From the NCBI RefSeq assembly GCF_018350175.1, contig NC_058368.1:35032001-35096000 (forward strand): a DNA stretch of 64,000 nucleotides, read 5' to 3'. This stretch comes from Felis catus. Taxonomy: Eukaryota. The position numbers and the translations under genes were made by a program. This document shows positions 63,741-64,000 of the stretch, piece by piece (the first letter of the stretch is position 1; each line of letters begins with the position of its first letter). The notes beneath the pieces are model-generated. The model had not been told where the DNA came from. It searched no databases and saw only the letters and a list, made by a program, of their open reading frames with translations.

Positions 63741-64000
63741 GTCTCAGTTTCTTTCAGAAATTTCAGCTTATGTCTTTATTTTCATCCTTGCATTTGTATA
63801 GTTCATTAGAATTTTCAAACTATTCTCAAAGTCAGTATCTAAGCCAGCAATTGAACTAAGAGTTTGTTTTTGCTCCAATCTTTGTTTTCTTTTTATAAAA
63901 ATCTAACTCTTTATTCTATTTGATGGGAACATCTCATACACATTTTATGTAAACTGCATTTAATATATTATATTTTAAATTCTCAGAGGTTGTGAACTAT

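Noticed and set aside
1..64000. Prokaryote-style systems (operons, CRISPR arrays, defence islands)
   Set aside because: The DNA is mammalian and repeat-rich; there are no regularly spaced repeat-spacer units and no gene-dense segments

Overview
AT-rich, CpG-depleted mammalian non-coding DNA (intergenic or deep intronic). It is almost certainly from a carnivore and most likely a felid: it carries 15 tRNA-derived Can-SINEs, two with the cat-type 'gctcagagcctggagcctg' segment. I can support no intact protein-coding gene, RNA gene or CRISPR array. The supplied ORFs are chance ORFs or decayed retrotransposon fragments. A large part of the window is layered transposon debris: a near-full-length dead L1 (55.3-61.8 kb) with a second 3' end behind it, older L1s, two orphan L1 5' ends, four ERV solo LTRs, MaLR LTRs, L2, MIR, hAT MITEs, and very old CR1/L3 and probable RTE/L4 relics. 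The best candidates for function are two repeat-poor, motif-dense blocks (12.8-13.9 kb with TGACAG clusters; 41.4-41.9 kb) that look like developmental enhancers. I do not see evidence for a new biological system. Repeat subfamily names are recalled from memory of consensus sequences, not from a search, and boundaries without target-site duplications (TSDs) are approximate.
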